Shown here one piece after another: positions 47,391-57,485 of a stretch of DNA of 59,286 bases (position 1 is its first letter; the number at the start of each line of letters is the position of its first letter). Source of the DNA: Sulfurimonas sp. MAG313. GTDB lineage: Bacteria; Campylobacterota; Campylobacteria; Campylobacterales; Sulfurimonadaceae. A program made the position numbers and the translations under genes. The notes under the pieces are model-generated. The model saw only the letters and a list, made by a program, of their open reading frames with translations. It made no database searches and was not told where the DNA came from. The stretch spans positions 1-59,286 of the forward strand of contig JAEMVE010000164.1 of assembly GCA_029216045.1 (NCBI GenBank). The letters run 5' to 3'.

Positions 47391-48635
47391 TCATTCAAGA
47401 ATAAGTGTATTACTTCCTACATTTTTTGCATTATAAAGAAGTAAATCAGCTTGATCTAGCGTTGCTTCTAAGCTTTCTTCAGCCTGAGACACTGCTCCTA
47501 AGCAAACCGTAAAATTCAAATCCGACTCATCTTCTAAGATTAAAGGAGAGACTTGCATCTTATGGAGTATTCCTTCTAAAAGGATTTGAGCACTAGTATT
47601 AGAAATGTTTTTTAATAATACACAAAATCCTTCACTTCCAAAGTGTGATACAAGATCCCCCTCATTAAGCTGAAAAATCAAAAGCTCTGATAAATGCACA
47701 ATAAGATTATTCACTATCTCCGATCCAAGACTATCCTTAAGCTTTGATATATTATCTATATCAATCCTAGCGAGACAAAAAGATTCTTCTACCTCCATAC
47801 TTTTTAAAAAATAAGATTGTGCTTTGTATAAAAAGTATTGACGATTATACAGACCCGTTAAGACATCTCGTTTGGAGTGATTTGTGAGTGTTTCTAAGTT
47901 TTCTAAGGCCTCAATAGCATTGTTTATCCTGCAAGAAAATTCTTCTTTTGAAAATGGTTTTTTTATAAAGTCTGTTGCCCCACTTTTTAAAAACATAGCA
48001 GAAATTTCATCATCATCATTAGACGAAATTGCTAAAATACTTAGGTCTGATTTTTTATGTGTTTTACGAATTTCTTTAGTGAGTTCAAGTCCATCCATAA
48101 CAGGCATGGCGTAATCTGTTAGTACTATTTTAATATCAGGATTTTGTTCTAGCATAGATAAGGCTTCTTCCCCATGACCCACGGCAAATACTTTAAAAAA
48201 TAAATTTTTCATCATTCGTTGCATTGCTTTTCTAAAAACCATGGAATCATCAACTATTAAAACCTTGTGTTGGCGATTTTTATTAAGTCTATCAAGGATA
48301 GAAATCGTGTAGTCAATATCTTCTATACCCCCTTTAGCAACATAATCAATTATATTTTTATCTAATATCTGTTTTCTAAAAGTCTTATTTACACTTGAAG
48401 ACACAACGATACAAGGGATATTTTGTTCAATCACGTAATCAACAATTTCACCATTAGGTGCATCCGGAAGGTTAAGGTCTAAAAGGGCTACAAAGTATTT
48501 ATACTGACGCATAAAGAGTTGAGCTTCTTTATACGTATGGGCAATATCAACCTCAAAAGGAAGTTCTTTTGATATTTTTAAAGAAATGAGTTTTGAAAGG
48601 GATATATTATCTTCTACAAGTAAAATTCTTTCCAT
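47391..48635 (-). CDS. Response regulator with two receiver domains and a degenerate GGDEF domain.
   Basis: REC1 is ILLVEDN...LLDLNLPD. REC2 is VLIVDDS...LTDYAMPVMDG. The GGDEF-domain entry is DVLTGLYNRQYF, but the active-site position reads HFGSEGF instead of R.GGDEF. Confidence 0.75.
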   Translation of the reverse strand: MERILLVEDNISLSKLISLKISKELPFEVDIAHTYKEAQLFMRQYKYFVALLDLNLPDAPNGEIVDYVIEQNIPCIVVSSSVNKTFRKQILDKNIIDYVAKGGIEDIDYTISILDRLNKNRQHKVLIVDDSMVFRKAMQRMMKNLFFKVFAVGHGEEALSMLEQNPDIKIVLTDYAMPVMDGLELTKEIRKTHKKSDLSILAISSNDDDEISAMFLKSGATDFIKKPFSKEEFSCRINNAIEALENLETLTNHSKRDVLTGLYNRQYFLYKAQSYFLKSMEVEESFCLARIDIDNISKLKDSLGSEIVNNLIVHLSELLIFQLNEGDLVSHFGSEGFCVLLKNISNTSAQILLEGILHKMQVSPLILEDESDLNFTVCLGAVSQAEESLEATLDQADLLLYNAKNVGSNTLILE

Positions 48636-48709
48636 TGTTATTCACTTTATTACTTTTTTAGTAAGGTACATACAAGGTAATGTTTCTTTACTAAGTCCTA
48701 TATTTAAAA

Positions 48710-49174
48710 CTATGAAGGACAACATCCCTCAAGTTTACCAAAGTCTGTTGGTGTTTCGCCTGAAATAATTTCAGACTTATCACGAATAAGTTTTTCATTA
48801 TGTGTAATAGAGTAAGTAATTTTAGTCACACCTCTAATAGTATTTAAAGTTGAACAATATGTTTCTATACTTGCCATAACCCATCTCACTACTATATCAT
48901 CCTCACTTGGTGAATTAAAACTGTAGCTTAAATGAAGTGAGTCAAACTTTTGTGGCATCTCTTCCGCTCGTACAACGTCTCCATCAACTTCTAAATTAGT
49001 TACTTCAATACCTTGTTTTTTAGGAACCATGATAATATCTGTCGCTGTACAACAAATGATACCTGCTAAAAAGTATTCGATAGGGCTGATGCTTGGGCAA
49101 TCAATTATAAAAGACGATTTAGAAGTCTTTGCTTCAAATTTCATACCATCTTGATGTGTTATTTTTACGTTCAT
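48710..49174 (-). CDS. OsmC/Ohr-family protein.
   Basis: 154 aa. SPIEYFLAGIICCTATDI ... ETYCSTLNTIRG gives the paired Cys regions typical of the OsmC family. Confidence 0.7.
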   Translation of the reverse strand: MNVKITHQDGMKFEAKTSKSSFIIDCPSISPIEYFLAGIICCTATDIIMVPKKQGIEVTNLEVDGDVVRAEEMPQKFDSLHLSYSFNSPSEDDIVVRWVMASIETYCSTLNTIRGVTKITYSITHNEKLIRDKSEIISGETPTDFGKLEGCCPS

Positions 49175-49251
49175 GTTGAGTCCTTGATTATTTTATGGTT
49201 AATGCTGTGTCCCCGTCTCATTAAGCAGTAAGGGTACTTTCTTTTAAGTAA

Positions 49252-50637
49252 TTACTTATTTTCATTTAGCCATTGATTAAATTTTTCTAATTGTTCTATA
49301 GTTCTTACTGTAGACGTTCCACCTTCAGAGGTTCGTGCATTCATAGAATTTGTAACGCTCATATAGGGCATTACATTTTCTTGTATTCTTTCATCAATGC
49401 TTTGTAATGTTTCAAAAGAGATATCTGAAAGATCAATATTTAATTCTTCAGACTTAGCAACCGCCTTACCTGTAATAAAATGTGCTTCTCTAAAAGGAAT
49501 ATTGCAATGTTCTACTAAATAATCTGCTAGATCTGTTGCAGACAAATGCCCTACCTTGCAGGCTGAAGCCATATTGTCTTCATGCACTGTTAATGTAAGA
49601 AGAGATTCTCTTAGAATTTTCAAAGAGATTTCTATAGTTTTAACACTATCAAACACACCTTCTTTATCTTCTTGAGTATCTTTATTATAAGCTAAGGGAA
49701 GTCCTTTCATAACCGTAAGAAGGCTCATTAGGTTTCCATAAACACGACCCGACTTCCCGCGAAGAAGTTCTGCTGCATCAGGGTTTTTCTTTTGAGGCAT
49801 GATAGAGCTACCTGTTGAGTAGGCATCTGAAAAGGTAATAAATTTAAACTCATACGAAGACCATAAAATCATCTCTTCCGCAAGACGTGAAATATGCATC
49901 ATTGACATAGAAATATTAAATAAGATTTCTATAGCAAAATCTCTGTCACTCACCGTATCTAAACAGTTGGTACTAACGGAGTCAAAGCCAAGTTGGTCTG
50001 CGGTACTTTTACGATTTATATTATGAGGTGTTCCAGCAAGAGCAGCACAACCTAAAGGGGATATATTATTTCTTTTATATGAGCTTTCATATCGTTCAAA
50101 ATCACGTTTAAACATAGAGCCATAAGCCATTAAGTGAAAGCCAAAGTTGGTAGGTTGAGCGTGTTGCAAGTGTGTCATACCGGGGATAAGAGTAGAAGAA
50201 TGTTTACTTGCTACAGTATGTACCGCTGTCATTAATTCATGTGTCAGTGACATGATTTCTTTGTTTTTTCTAAGTACATAACGACGAAAGTCAACAGCTA
50301 CTTGATCATTTCTACTTCTAGCCGTATGAAGTTTCTTACCTGCGTCACCAATGATCTGCGTTAAACGCTTTTCAATAGCCATATGAAGATCTTCATCTGA
50401 GAGTTCCCAAACAAAGGTTCCCGCTTCAATCTCATCTTTAACCTGAGACAGACCTTTTTTAATAGAGGTTAATTCTTCTTGATTTAAAATACCTTGTTCA
50501 CACAACATATTTGCGTGCGCAATAGAACCTTCTATGTCTTCTACATATAATTCTCTATCATACATAATAGAAGCATTAAACTCGTCTAAAAGTGTTGATG
50601 AAGCTTCAGAAAAGCGACCAGCCCATAATTTTTCCAT
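49252..50637 (-). CDS. argH: Argininosuccinate lyase.
   Basis: MEKLWAGRF start, [20 protein letters not shown] and signature [12 protein letters not shown]. Confidence 0.9.
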   Translation of the reverse strand: MEKLWAGRFSEASSTLLDEFNASIMYDRELYVEDIEGSIAHANMLCEQGILNQEELTSIKKGLSQVKDEIEAGTFVWELSDEDLHMAIEKRLTQIIGDAGKKLHTARSRNDQVAVDFRRYVLRKNKEIMSLTHELMTAVHTVASKHSSTLIPGMTHLQHAQPTNFGFHLMAYGSMFKRDFERYESSYKRNNISPLGCAALAGTPHNINRKSTADQLGFDSVSTNCLDTVSDRDFAIEILFNISMSMMHISRLAEEMILWSSYEFKFITFSDAYSTGSSIMPQKKNPDAAELLRGKSGRVYGNLMSLLTVMKGLPLAYNKDTQEDKEGVFDSVKTIEISLKILRESLLTLTVHEDNMASACKVGHLSATDLADYLVEHCNIPFREAHFITGKAVAKSEELNIDLSDISFETLQSIDERIQENVMPYMSVTNSMNARTSEGGTSTVRTIEQLEKFNQWLNENK

Positions 50638-50750
50638 AAATAATCTTCTTTAATTTAAATTGCGATATTCTACCAAAATATGCCTTTTAAACACTTAGAG
50701 TATTTTTATATCTCTAGGAAATGGGGAAAGTTAGGAAGCAGACAGAAAAT

Positions 50751-51659
50751 CTAGTTAAGAAATTTCTCTGATTTTCTTGCCTGACTTGAAGAAGGATATT
50801 TAACGACCAAAGCTTCAAAAAACTGATCTGCGCCTTCGTCATCACCTGTCTTTTTTAAAGAAATAGCGGTATGGAACATTAGGTTTGGCATATAATCTGC
50901 CTTAGAATAAAGCTTTGCACTTTCTTTGAAATAAGCAACCGCATTAGTATATTCATCTAGTAGAAAATAGCTTTCTCCTATATAATAATGAGCTCGTGCT
51001 GGTTTATATTTCTTTTTTATCAAGTGTTCATACGCATCAATTGCGTCAGCATATTTTTTTGCCTTAAAAAAAGCATAGGCATCATTGGCTACATTAGCAC
51101 TGCTTTTATTATCATAAACACTATTACCAGAACTTGCAATCTTTCTTAACTGTTTAGATACTTCAAGTTTAAAACTATTAATCTCATTAGCAAGCTTATT
51201 ATATTCTTCTTTACTAACATAATGTGTATTAATGGTATCAATTAAGGTACTAAGTTCACCCATAACCACTTTAAGTTGGCTGATATGTTCTTCATGCGTT
51301 AAAACAATTTCATCAAGACGTGTGTTCATCGTACCTGATGTTTCTTGAATTCCCACTATTTGTGTTTTTAGTTCTTGAAGTTGAATTGTGTTTTTTCGTA
51401 CATTTTCATTTAAACCTTCAACAATACTTTGCATACCTGAAACAGATTCTTCTACATTTCCAATACGAGATCGGTTTTTACTTGAAGTGCCTTTGATGTT
51501 TCCAATAGTTTGTTTATTATCGAGGATTTTTTTTTCTGCTTTTGTAAGACCATAAGGATTAGGGGAATCAAGGTCTCCTGCTCCAAATGCAGATTTTTCT
51601 GCATATAAGCTAAGAGGAAGAAGTAGGCCCAAAAGGCCTAGCGTAAAAAGTTTTCTCAT
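50751..51659 (-). CDS. ybgF: Tol-Pal system protein YbgF/CpoB-like: signal peptide, coiled coil and C-terminal TPR.
   Basis: Signal peptide. Coiled-coil region (TIQLQELKTQIVGIQE...). C-terminal TPR-like YYIGESYFLLDEYTNAVAYF. Its start overlaps the pal stop by 1 nt. Confidence 0.7.
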   Translation of the reverse strand: MRKLFTLGLLGLLLPLSLYAEKSAFGAGDLDSPNPYGLTKAEKKILDNKQTIGNIKGTSSKNRSRIGNVEESVSGMQSIVEGLNENVRKNTIQLQELKTQIVGIQETSGTMNTRLDEIVLTHEEHISQLKVVMGELSTLIDTINTHYVSKEEYNKLANEINSFKLEVSKQLRKIASSGNSVYDNKSSANVANDAYAFFKAKKYADAIDAYEHLIKKKYKPARAHYYIGESYFLLDEYTNAVAYFKESAKLYSKADYMPNLMFHTAISLKKTGDDEGADQFFEALVVKYPSSSQARKSEKFLN

Positions 51660-52219
51660 TATGGAAGAAGTTTAAAGTCAACTCTACGATTTTGTGCCCA
51701 ACAGTCTTGAGTTTGCTCAGTACATGTTGGATTACTCTCACCAAAACTTACCATAGTAATACGTGTAGCAGATACACCTTCATTTATCATGGCGTCTTTT
51801 GCAGCCTTAGCACGTTTTAATCCAAGAGCGTAGTTATATTCATCAGAACCCCACTCATCACAGTTACCTTCAAGTTTAACATTATAAGCAGAGGCATCTG
51901 CCTTTGCTAAAGCAGCATTAGTGTTAAGATTAGACTGCATGCTAGATTTGATTTCAAATTTATCAAAATCAAAAGTAACAGCCTGAAGCTTAGCTTCTAA
52001 AGAAGACAATGTTTGTTCTGTAGTATCCATACCATCTGAACCAGACTGATCCATACCAGAATCATCCATACCGCTTGTGCTATTTGCACTTGGGTCATTA
52101 ATATCAACGGTACTAGCCGAGTTGTTTTCATTTGTTGCATCAATTGATGGGTCTTTTTGACTACATCCTGAGAATACTAATAAAGCAGCGATTGCGCTGA
52201 TTGCAAGAAGTTGTTTCAT
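51659..52219 (-). CDS. pal: Peptidoglycan-associated lipoprotein Pal (OmpA family).
   Basis: Lipobox LLVFSGC. The OmpA_C core is LEGNCDEWGSDEYNYALGLKRAKAAKDAMINEGV...NRRVDF. I chose the ATG at 52219, preceded by AAGGAAA, over the ORF-track start at 52276. Confidence 0.85.
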   Translation of the reverse strand: MKQLLAISAIAALLVFSGCSQKDPSIDATNENNSASTVDINDPSANSTSGMDDSGMDQSGSDGMDTTEQTLSSLEAKLQAVTFDFDKFEIKSSMQSNLNTNAALAKADASAYNVKLEGNCDEWGSDEYNYALGLKRAKAAKDAMINEGVSATRITMVSFGESNPTCTEQTQDCWAQNRRVDFKLLP

Positions 52220-52353
52220 CTGTTTTGTTTCCTTAATAAAAATTAGCTTGATTCTAGCAAAGATAATCTTAAACATAAGGTATCTTCCCTAAATTCATCT
52301 ATATTCTTTGAAATTATAGGTATAAATTATTAATGAAGTGTAAATAAGTAATG

Positions 52354-53001
52354 CTAATTAACTAATTTATCCAAACGTTCAAGGTCATTTATAACGTCCC
52401 ATCTACCACCACCCAACTCCACTCTTTCTTTCCAAAGTTTTAATCTATCCATATATTCTCTAGGGTCCACATTATCGCTTCTTAGCTTTGTTACATTAAG
52501 AGCTACTACTTCATAACCCACTAATGACAAAGGGATATCTCTCACATAACCTTTTTTAAGTTCTTGTTTTAAGTCAGAAAAAATCATAATGGTTTTTGTT
52601 CGGGTGTCTCTTTCATCTAAAAACTGAGTGGCTTGTAAGATTCCTCCTGTTATATCCGTGTAAGAACTTGAATGAACTGTTTTTATATATTCTTGTACTT
52701 TTTTAGCAAAAGCACGTTTTTGTTGATTGGCCTTAGAAGGTCTATCATCAAAGGTTACTTTAGCAATGATATCTTTTTCACTATAACTTCCTGTATCAAT
52801 ACTTGCAACAACAAAACTATCTCCAGAATTTAATTGTGAAAGGGTATAGTTAATAATTTGTTGCGCCTTAAGTAACTCCTTAGTATACGTACCAGATGTA
52901 TCTATAAGCATATACACACCTTTATTATGATTAGTATTAGATTCTGTAGAACAAGCAGAAAACCCAAAAGCCAAGAGTAGACTTATCCATACTAGCTTCA
53001 T
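52354..53001 (-). CDS. Lipoprotein with a possible VWA-like fold.
   Basis: Lipobox GFSAC. MLIDTSGTYT (MIDAS-like D-x-S-x-T) and IMIFSDLKQE resemble a von Willebrand A domain. The assignment is tentative. Confidence 0.5.
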   Translation of the reverse strand: MKLVWISLLLAFGFSACSTESNTNHNKGVYMLIDTSGTYTKELLKAQQIINYTLSQLNSGDSFVVASIDTGSYSEKDIIAKVTFDDRPSKANQQKRAFAKKVQEYIKTVHSSSYTDITGGILQATQFLDERDTRTKTIMIFSDLKQELKKGYVRDIPLSLVGYEVVALNVTKLRSDNVDPREYMDRLKLWKERVELGGGRWDVINDLERLDKLVN

Positions 53002-54545
53002 ACTTCTTCCTTTGTTGTTTCGATTGTCTCTTCTTTAATCACTGTTTTTTTAACACTTGCTTTTTTGGGTGTACGTTTCTTTATAATAGGCATTTGTGCT
53101 ATTTTTATACTTGGAACGTCTTTTGTAACTGTTGTTGTAATGACGTGAGTTTTTTTTGAAAGAGCTAGCCCTTCTATCCATAAAGGAAAAAAGATAAAAA
53201 CATCATATATATGTAACAAAGATTTTCCACTATAACGACTTAAACTTCCTAAAAATCGAAGACTCACGGCAAAAACACGTAAAAAGGCAGCTCCGATAAC
53301 GCCAATAACTGTGCGGCTAGAATGAATAAAAGATTCTAAGGGTATCGCAATAAAGGTGAGTGCAAAGGGTAAAATAAAACCCATTCCCATTTGAGCGGCG
53401 GTTGTAATCCATCGACCAGACTCATTGACTACTTCTAAACTAGCTCCCCCTAAAAGACCCGCCACTAAGGCAGCATCATCAGCAGAAAGAAGTTCTCTCA
53501 TATAGGCTAAGCCAGCCTCTACACTAGCAAGTAAAAATAAAAATGCAAAGGAAACAATAATCATTCGAACACGTATCTTATCATCTAAGGCACCTATTAC
53601 AGGGAAGAGCCTGGTAATACGAAGAGACTCCATTAAAAAAAGTCCCATAGAAATCTCAACTAAAATAATCACTAGAGCCGCGATATCTGCCACCTTAAAG
53701 CCCATCATATACACAGACCCACCTACCATCTCTTGCATAGGTCGAGCAATTAAATTAAAATTTATAAAAGCCCCCCCGATAGCAATGGCTAAAACAAAGC
53801 CTGCTATAAAAAATTGGGTGAGAGAAGAAGATGACAGCATAGCTGCAGCCTTGTCTGTTTTCTTTGTAATCTCACCATATGCATCCATATGTCTGTCCAC
53901 TGTAGCAGATCGATCAAGTAAGGTTTGAACATTTTTATCTAAGCCGTCTACTGACTTATTAATGTGTCTTAAAATAGGTACCATATTTTTCAAATAAATA
54001 TGTCTTTGTTCTGAACTTTTTCTGTAGGCATCTAAAGCATTTTGCTGACCTTTATCTAAGGCATCTTTAATACTTTTTAAAATTTCCGTCACCATAGAAT
54101 CTTCAGAAGGTGCAATAGCAGCTATAGGTTCAATTGCCTTAGTCCACCCAGGAGGAAAAGGAGGTATTTCTGTACTTTTTTTATAATCTTCATCAAGCTT
54201 AACTACTGAGTTAGCAATTTCTCTTTGAAGTGTAGGAAAACGTGAAAGATCTTGTTTCACAAAAACATCAATACGTTCAAATTCTCTTTCTATTATTCGC
54301 TCAGTAGCTTCTCGTCCTGAACTAAGCAAAACCTCTTTATTTCTTTGTTTCAATCTTTTTTCTGCCATCAATATAGATGAGGCAAAGAGTCTGAAAGCAT
54401 GAAAAAGTATATGGGACACAGAAAGTATGGCCTTGTGAGCAGGAGTGCGCGCCATATATAAGAATATCATAGACATAAATACCCATATGAGCAAAGACAA
54501 ACTAGAAGAAGATGATACAATCATCATATAACTTGGTACTTGCAT
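52998..54545 (-). CDS. 515-aa polytopic membrane protein of unknown function with a Lys-rich C-terminal tail.
   Basis: N-terminal TM pair, a ~200-aa helical soluble region, then at least five TM helices and the tail KKRTPKKASVKKTVIKEE. It overlaps the lipoprotein gene by 4 nt. Confidence 0.6.
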   Translation of the reverse strand: MQVPSYMMIVSSSSSLSLLIWVFMSMIFLYMARTPAHKAILSVSHILFHAFRLFASSILMAEKRLKQRNKEVLLSSGREATERIIEREFERIDVFVKQDLSRFPTLQREIANSVVKLDEDYKKSTEIPPFPPGWTKAIEPIAAIAPSEDSMVTEILKSIKDALDKGQQNALDAYRKSSEQRHIYLKNMVPILRHINKSVDGLDKNVQTLLDRSATVDRHMDAYGEITKKTDKAAAMLSSSSLTQFFIAGFVLAIAIGGAFINFNLIARPMQEMVGGSVYMMGFKVADIAALVIILVEISMGLFLMESLRITRLFPVIGALDDKIRVRMIIVSFAFLFLLASVEAGLAYMRELLSADDAALVAGLLGGASLEVVNESGRWITTAAQMGMGFILPFALTFIAIPLESFIHSSRTVIGVIGAAFLRVFAVSLRFLGSLSRYSGKSLLHIYDVFIFFPLWIEGLALSKKTHVITTTVTKDVPSIKIAQMPIIKKRTPKKASVKKTVIKEETIETTKEEV

Positions 54546-54621
54546 TAAAAACCCTTTGAAAATTATTTCGTAGAGCCTATAATATTATCTTATAAAAAAT
54601 ACATGGTAAACGAAAATATTT

Positions 54622-54915
54622 TTAAAAAGCACCCTTGTCTCTAAATTCTGCAATTTCTGATTCGACCATAGCATCAATAAGATTTGTATACAAGTCTTCA
54701 ATCATATTAGCAGACATGTTTAATGTTATCGCCTTAGTTCGGACATTACGTATCACTTGTTCAATTCTATCTGCGGCCTTGACCTCTTCAACACTTTGTT
54801 TAAACTTTACAGCTTGGTGGATATAAGCATTTCTTTTCGCGATTAAAGCGACTATCTCGTCATCTAGTTTATCAATTTCAATTCGTACTTCATTTAAGTC
54901 ATTACAGTCTTTCAT
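54622..54915 (-). CDS. Chorismate mutase (AroQ class, monofunctional).
   Basis: 97 aa. LNEVRIEIDKLDDEIVALIAKRNAYIHQAVKFK is the AroQ helix-1 pattern. Confidence 0.75.
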   Translation of the reverse strand: MKDCNDLNEVRIEIDKLDDEIVALIAKRNAYIHQAVKFKQSVEEVKAADRIEQVIRNVRTKAITLNMSANMIEDLYTNLIDAMVESEIAEFRDKGAF

Positions 54916-54962
54916 AAATTATCCTTTTGAACAATTATAACAAAGAAAGAGTATAATTTCAT

Positions 54963-56474
54963 ATGAAAATTATCTTAAGCACTTTAAACTCTCGTTACAC
55001 CCATTCAAGCATTGGTCTACGTTATTTGTATGCCAATATGTCTGAACTACAAAACGACTCTCTTATCTTAGAATTTAGTATTAATGAAGCCATACAAACT
55101 ATTGCAGAAAAAATTTTAGATGCACAGCCTGATATATTGGGACTTGGGGTTTATATTTGGAACGCCACACAAACTCAAGAGCTTATAGAAGTCATTAAAA
55201 AAGTCTCTCCTTCTACTAAGATTGTTATTGGAGGCCCTGAAGTTTCTTATGAACCTTTTAGAGTAGACTTTTCTAAGGCAGACTTTGTACTTCAAGGAGA
55301 AGGAGATACTGCTTTTTACAAGTTATGTAAAGAAATCATCTCTCATACCGCGCCTAAGCAAAAAATCATTAAACCCGTTCTAGCAGACCTAGCAACACTA
55401 AAACTTCCTTATGAGCATTACAGCCAAAATGATATAGACACTAGATATATATATGTAGAAGCATCAAGAGGCTGTCCTTTTATGTGTGAGTTTTGTCTTT
55501 CATCCATAGATGAAAAGGTAAGAAACTTTGATATAGATATTTTAATAAAAGAGTTTTCTCATCTTTGGGATTTAGGGGTTAGAAACTTTAAGTTTATAGA
55601 CAGAACCTTTAATCTTAACATAAGGTTTGCTAATGCCATCCTCGACTTCTTTTTAAGTAAAGAGCCCCCCTACTTTGCTCATTTCGAAGTCATTCCCGAC
55701 CATTTTCCAGAATCTATTAAACAAAAAATAGCCCTATTTCCAAGCGGCGCCTTACAATTAGAAATAGGTATACAAACTCTAAACCCTGAAGTTGCACAAA
55801 ACATCAACCGCCCCTTAAAATTAAAAAAAATTTATGAAAATTTGGACTTTATTGAAAATCAAACTAAGGCACATGTTCATCTTGACCTTATCGTAGGTCT
55901 ACCTGGTGAAGATTTAGAAAGTTTTGGACAAAACCTAAACAAGCTTGTTTCTATAAGTACTTCAGAAATACAAATAGGTATATTAAAAAAGCTTTCAGGC
56001 ACGACTCTTGATAGACATGATCTTAAGTTTGGTATGAGATATTCAGATATTCCACCTTATGACATTCTCAGTAATGATCTGCTCTCGTTTAAAGACATTC
56101 AAAAAATGAAACGTTTTGCGCGGTTTTGGGACTTGATTTACAACAGTGGAAACTTTAAAAAAGTTATCATCCTTCTATGGAAAGACACTACTGTTTATGA
56201 TAGTTTTTTTGCTTTTTCACAGTGGATATACACACAAACCGACTCTACTTGGAAAATTTCATTAGACAGACTATCTCAACTCCTTTTTACCTATCTAACT
56301 CAAGAGTTACCTTTTTCAAACGAAGAGGTAGCAGACCTACTTATCCAAGACCTTTTAAAAATTAAAGGACGCATCTTGCCAAAGTATCTCAAACCTTATG
56401 CTCCTAAGCAAGACAAGGCCAATACAACAAATTTACAACAAGCCAATAAAAGACAGGCAAGACATGCAGGATAA
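54963..56474 (+). CDS. B12-binding-domain radical SAM protein.
   Basis: N-terminal Rossmann-like B12-binding region (IVIGGPEVS). The radical SAM cluster motif is EASRGCPFMCEFC. Confidence 0.8.
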   Translation: MKIILSTLNSRYTHSSIGLRYLYANMSELQNDSLILEFSINEAIQTIAEKILDAQPDILGLGVYIWNATQTQELIEVIKKVSPSTKIVIGGPEVSYEPFRVDFSKADFVLQGEGDTAFYKLCKEIISHTAPKQKIIKPVLADLATLKLPYEHYSQNDIDTRYIYVEASRGCPFMCEFCLSSIDEKVRNFDIDILIKEFSHLWDLGVRNFKFIDRTFNLNIRFANAILDFFLSKEPPYFAHFEVIPDHFPESIKQKIALFPSGALQLEIGIQTLNPEVAQNINRPLKLKKIYENLDFIENQTKAHVHLDLIVGLPGEDLESFGQNLNKLVSISTSEIQIGILKKLSGTTLDRHDLKFGMRYSDIPPYDILSNDLLSFKDIQKMKRFARFWDLIYNSGNFKKVIILLWKDTTVYDSFFAFSQWIYTQTDSTWKISLDRLSQLLFTYLTQELPFSNEEVADLLIQDLLKIKGRILPKYLKPYAPKQDKANTTNLQQANKRQARHAG

Positions 56475-57354
56475 AGAAGCTAAACAAGGTTTAGAGTCTG
56501 CCCTTAATACCTTTTTATATAATTATTTGTATGAGGTTGTTAATCCAAGGCTTGAGGACTTTTCTAAGTCTTATTATAAATCTCCTTGGAGCATGTTCAA
56601 ACGACACTTTAAAAATGATCTTTTAGATCTGTTTACTTCACTTAATAATTTAGCCTCTTGGATATATAAAAGTATTACAAAAAAAGAAGGTTTTGCAAAG
56701 ACATCACGAAGCGAAAAAGAGATCTTGCACAAATTCACCCACGATGTTTTTTGTGTTGAACTTTTACAAGATAAACTACAAGTCTTTCTTGACAATTATT
56801 TTTTACAAGAGATGAAAGACAATGCACAAAGACAAAATGAACTCAAAGAATGTTCACAAAACTGGAAAGATGAGATTGCCAAGAAAGCCCTTCAAATCAC
56901 TAGTCTAAAACGTCTTAGTACCAAGGCAAGTTCATTTTTAATAGACCTTGGAATAACCACAGGAATCGTAGGCGAAGCTTCAAGAGGCTTTGGCGCGATT
57001 GCAGGCTCATTCATAGCAAATAAAATTTATATGTCACAACAAAATATCTTTTATTATTATTGGTATACCTTTACAGGCAGACCTGAGTGGGTAGAACTCA
57101 CAGGAGCCATAGCCGGCGCAATTATAGGAATCGTTGTCTTTGTCCCACTTGTTGGAATGCTTGTTGAATACATCATGCAACCCTTTAACGATACCGCCAA
57201 ACAAGTTCGAAAAGCGTATCCTGAACTCATTTATCGTCTTATTAATGGAGACGATAAAGATAAAAAGACAGGACTAATGGAAGTCTCCATAAAGTACCTT
57301 GATGGATGTACTAATGTACTTGATACACTACGAAGTGCTGCAAGAGCCTTGTAA
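56464..57354 (+). CDS. Hypothetical protein with C-terminal membrane helices.
   Basis: The ORF is open from 56398. The ATG at 56464 overlaps the radical SAM stop by only 11 nt. TM segments are GFGAIAGSFIANKI and LTGAIAGAIIGIVVFVPLVGMLV. Confidence 0.55.
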   Translation: MQDKEAKQGLESALNTFLYNYLYEVVNPRLEDFSKSYYKSPWSMFKRHFKNDLLDLFTSLNNLASWIYKSITKKEGFAKTSRSEKEILHKFTHDVFCVELLQDKLQVFLDNYFLQEMKDNAQRQNELKECSQNWKDEIAKKALQITSLKRLSTKASSFLIDLGITTGIVGEASRGFGAIAGSFIANKIYMSQQNIFYYYWYTFTGRPEWVELTGAIAGAIIGIVVFVPLVGMLVEYIMQPFNDTAKQVRKAYPELIYRLINGDDKDKKTGLMEVSIKYLDGCTNVLDTLRSAARAL

Positions 57355-57485
57355 GCTATATTTTTATTTTAACGTTTATCGTGAGCGATAATTTTCACGA
57401 AGGGGAAAATATTCGTTCTTCCGAGACTGTGAAAAAATACAGCCTCAAGATCTCAATAATCTCTAAAAAACTTAAATTATCAAGC

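Noticed and set aside
52220-52276. 19-aa N-terminal extension of Pal (MFKIIFARIKLIFIKETKQ).
   Set aside because: The internal ATG at 52219 is preceded by AAGGAAA and starts a normal lipoprotein signal peptide. The extension has neither feature.
57376-57396. Hairpin TTATCG-TGAG-CGATAA followed by TTTTC after the 318-aa ORF, considered as a terminator.
   Set aside because: The stem is 6 bp with only two G-C pairs and the T-tract is short, so it is too weak to call. It could also be part of the end of the IS5/IS1182-like remnant.
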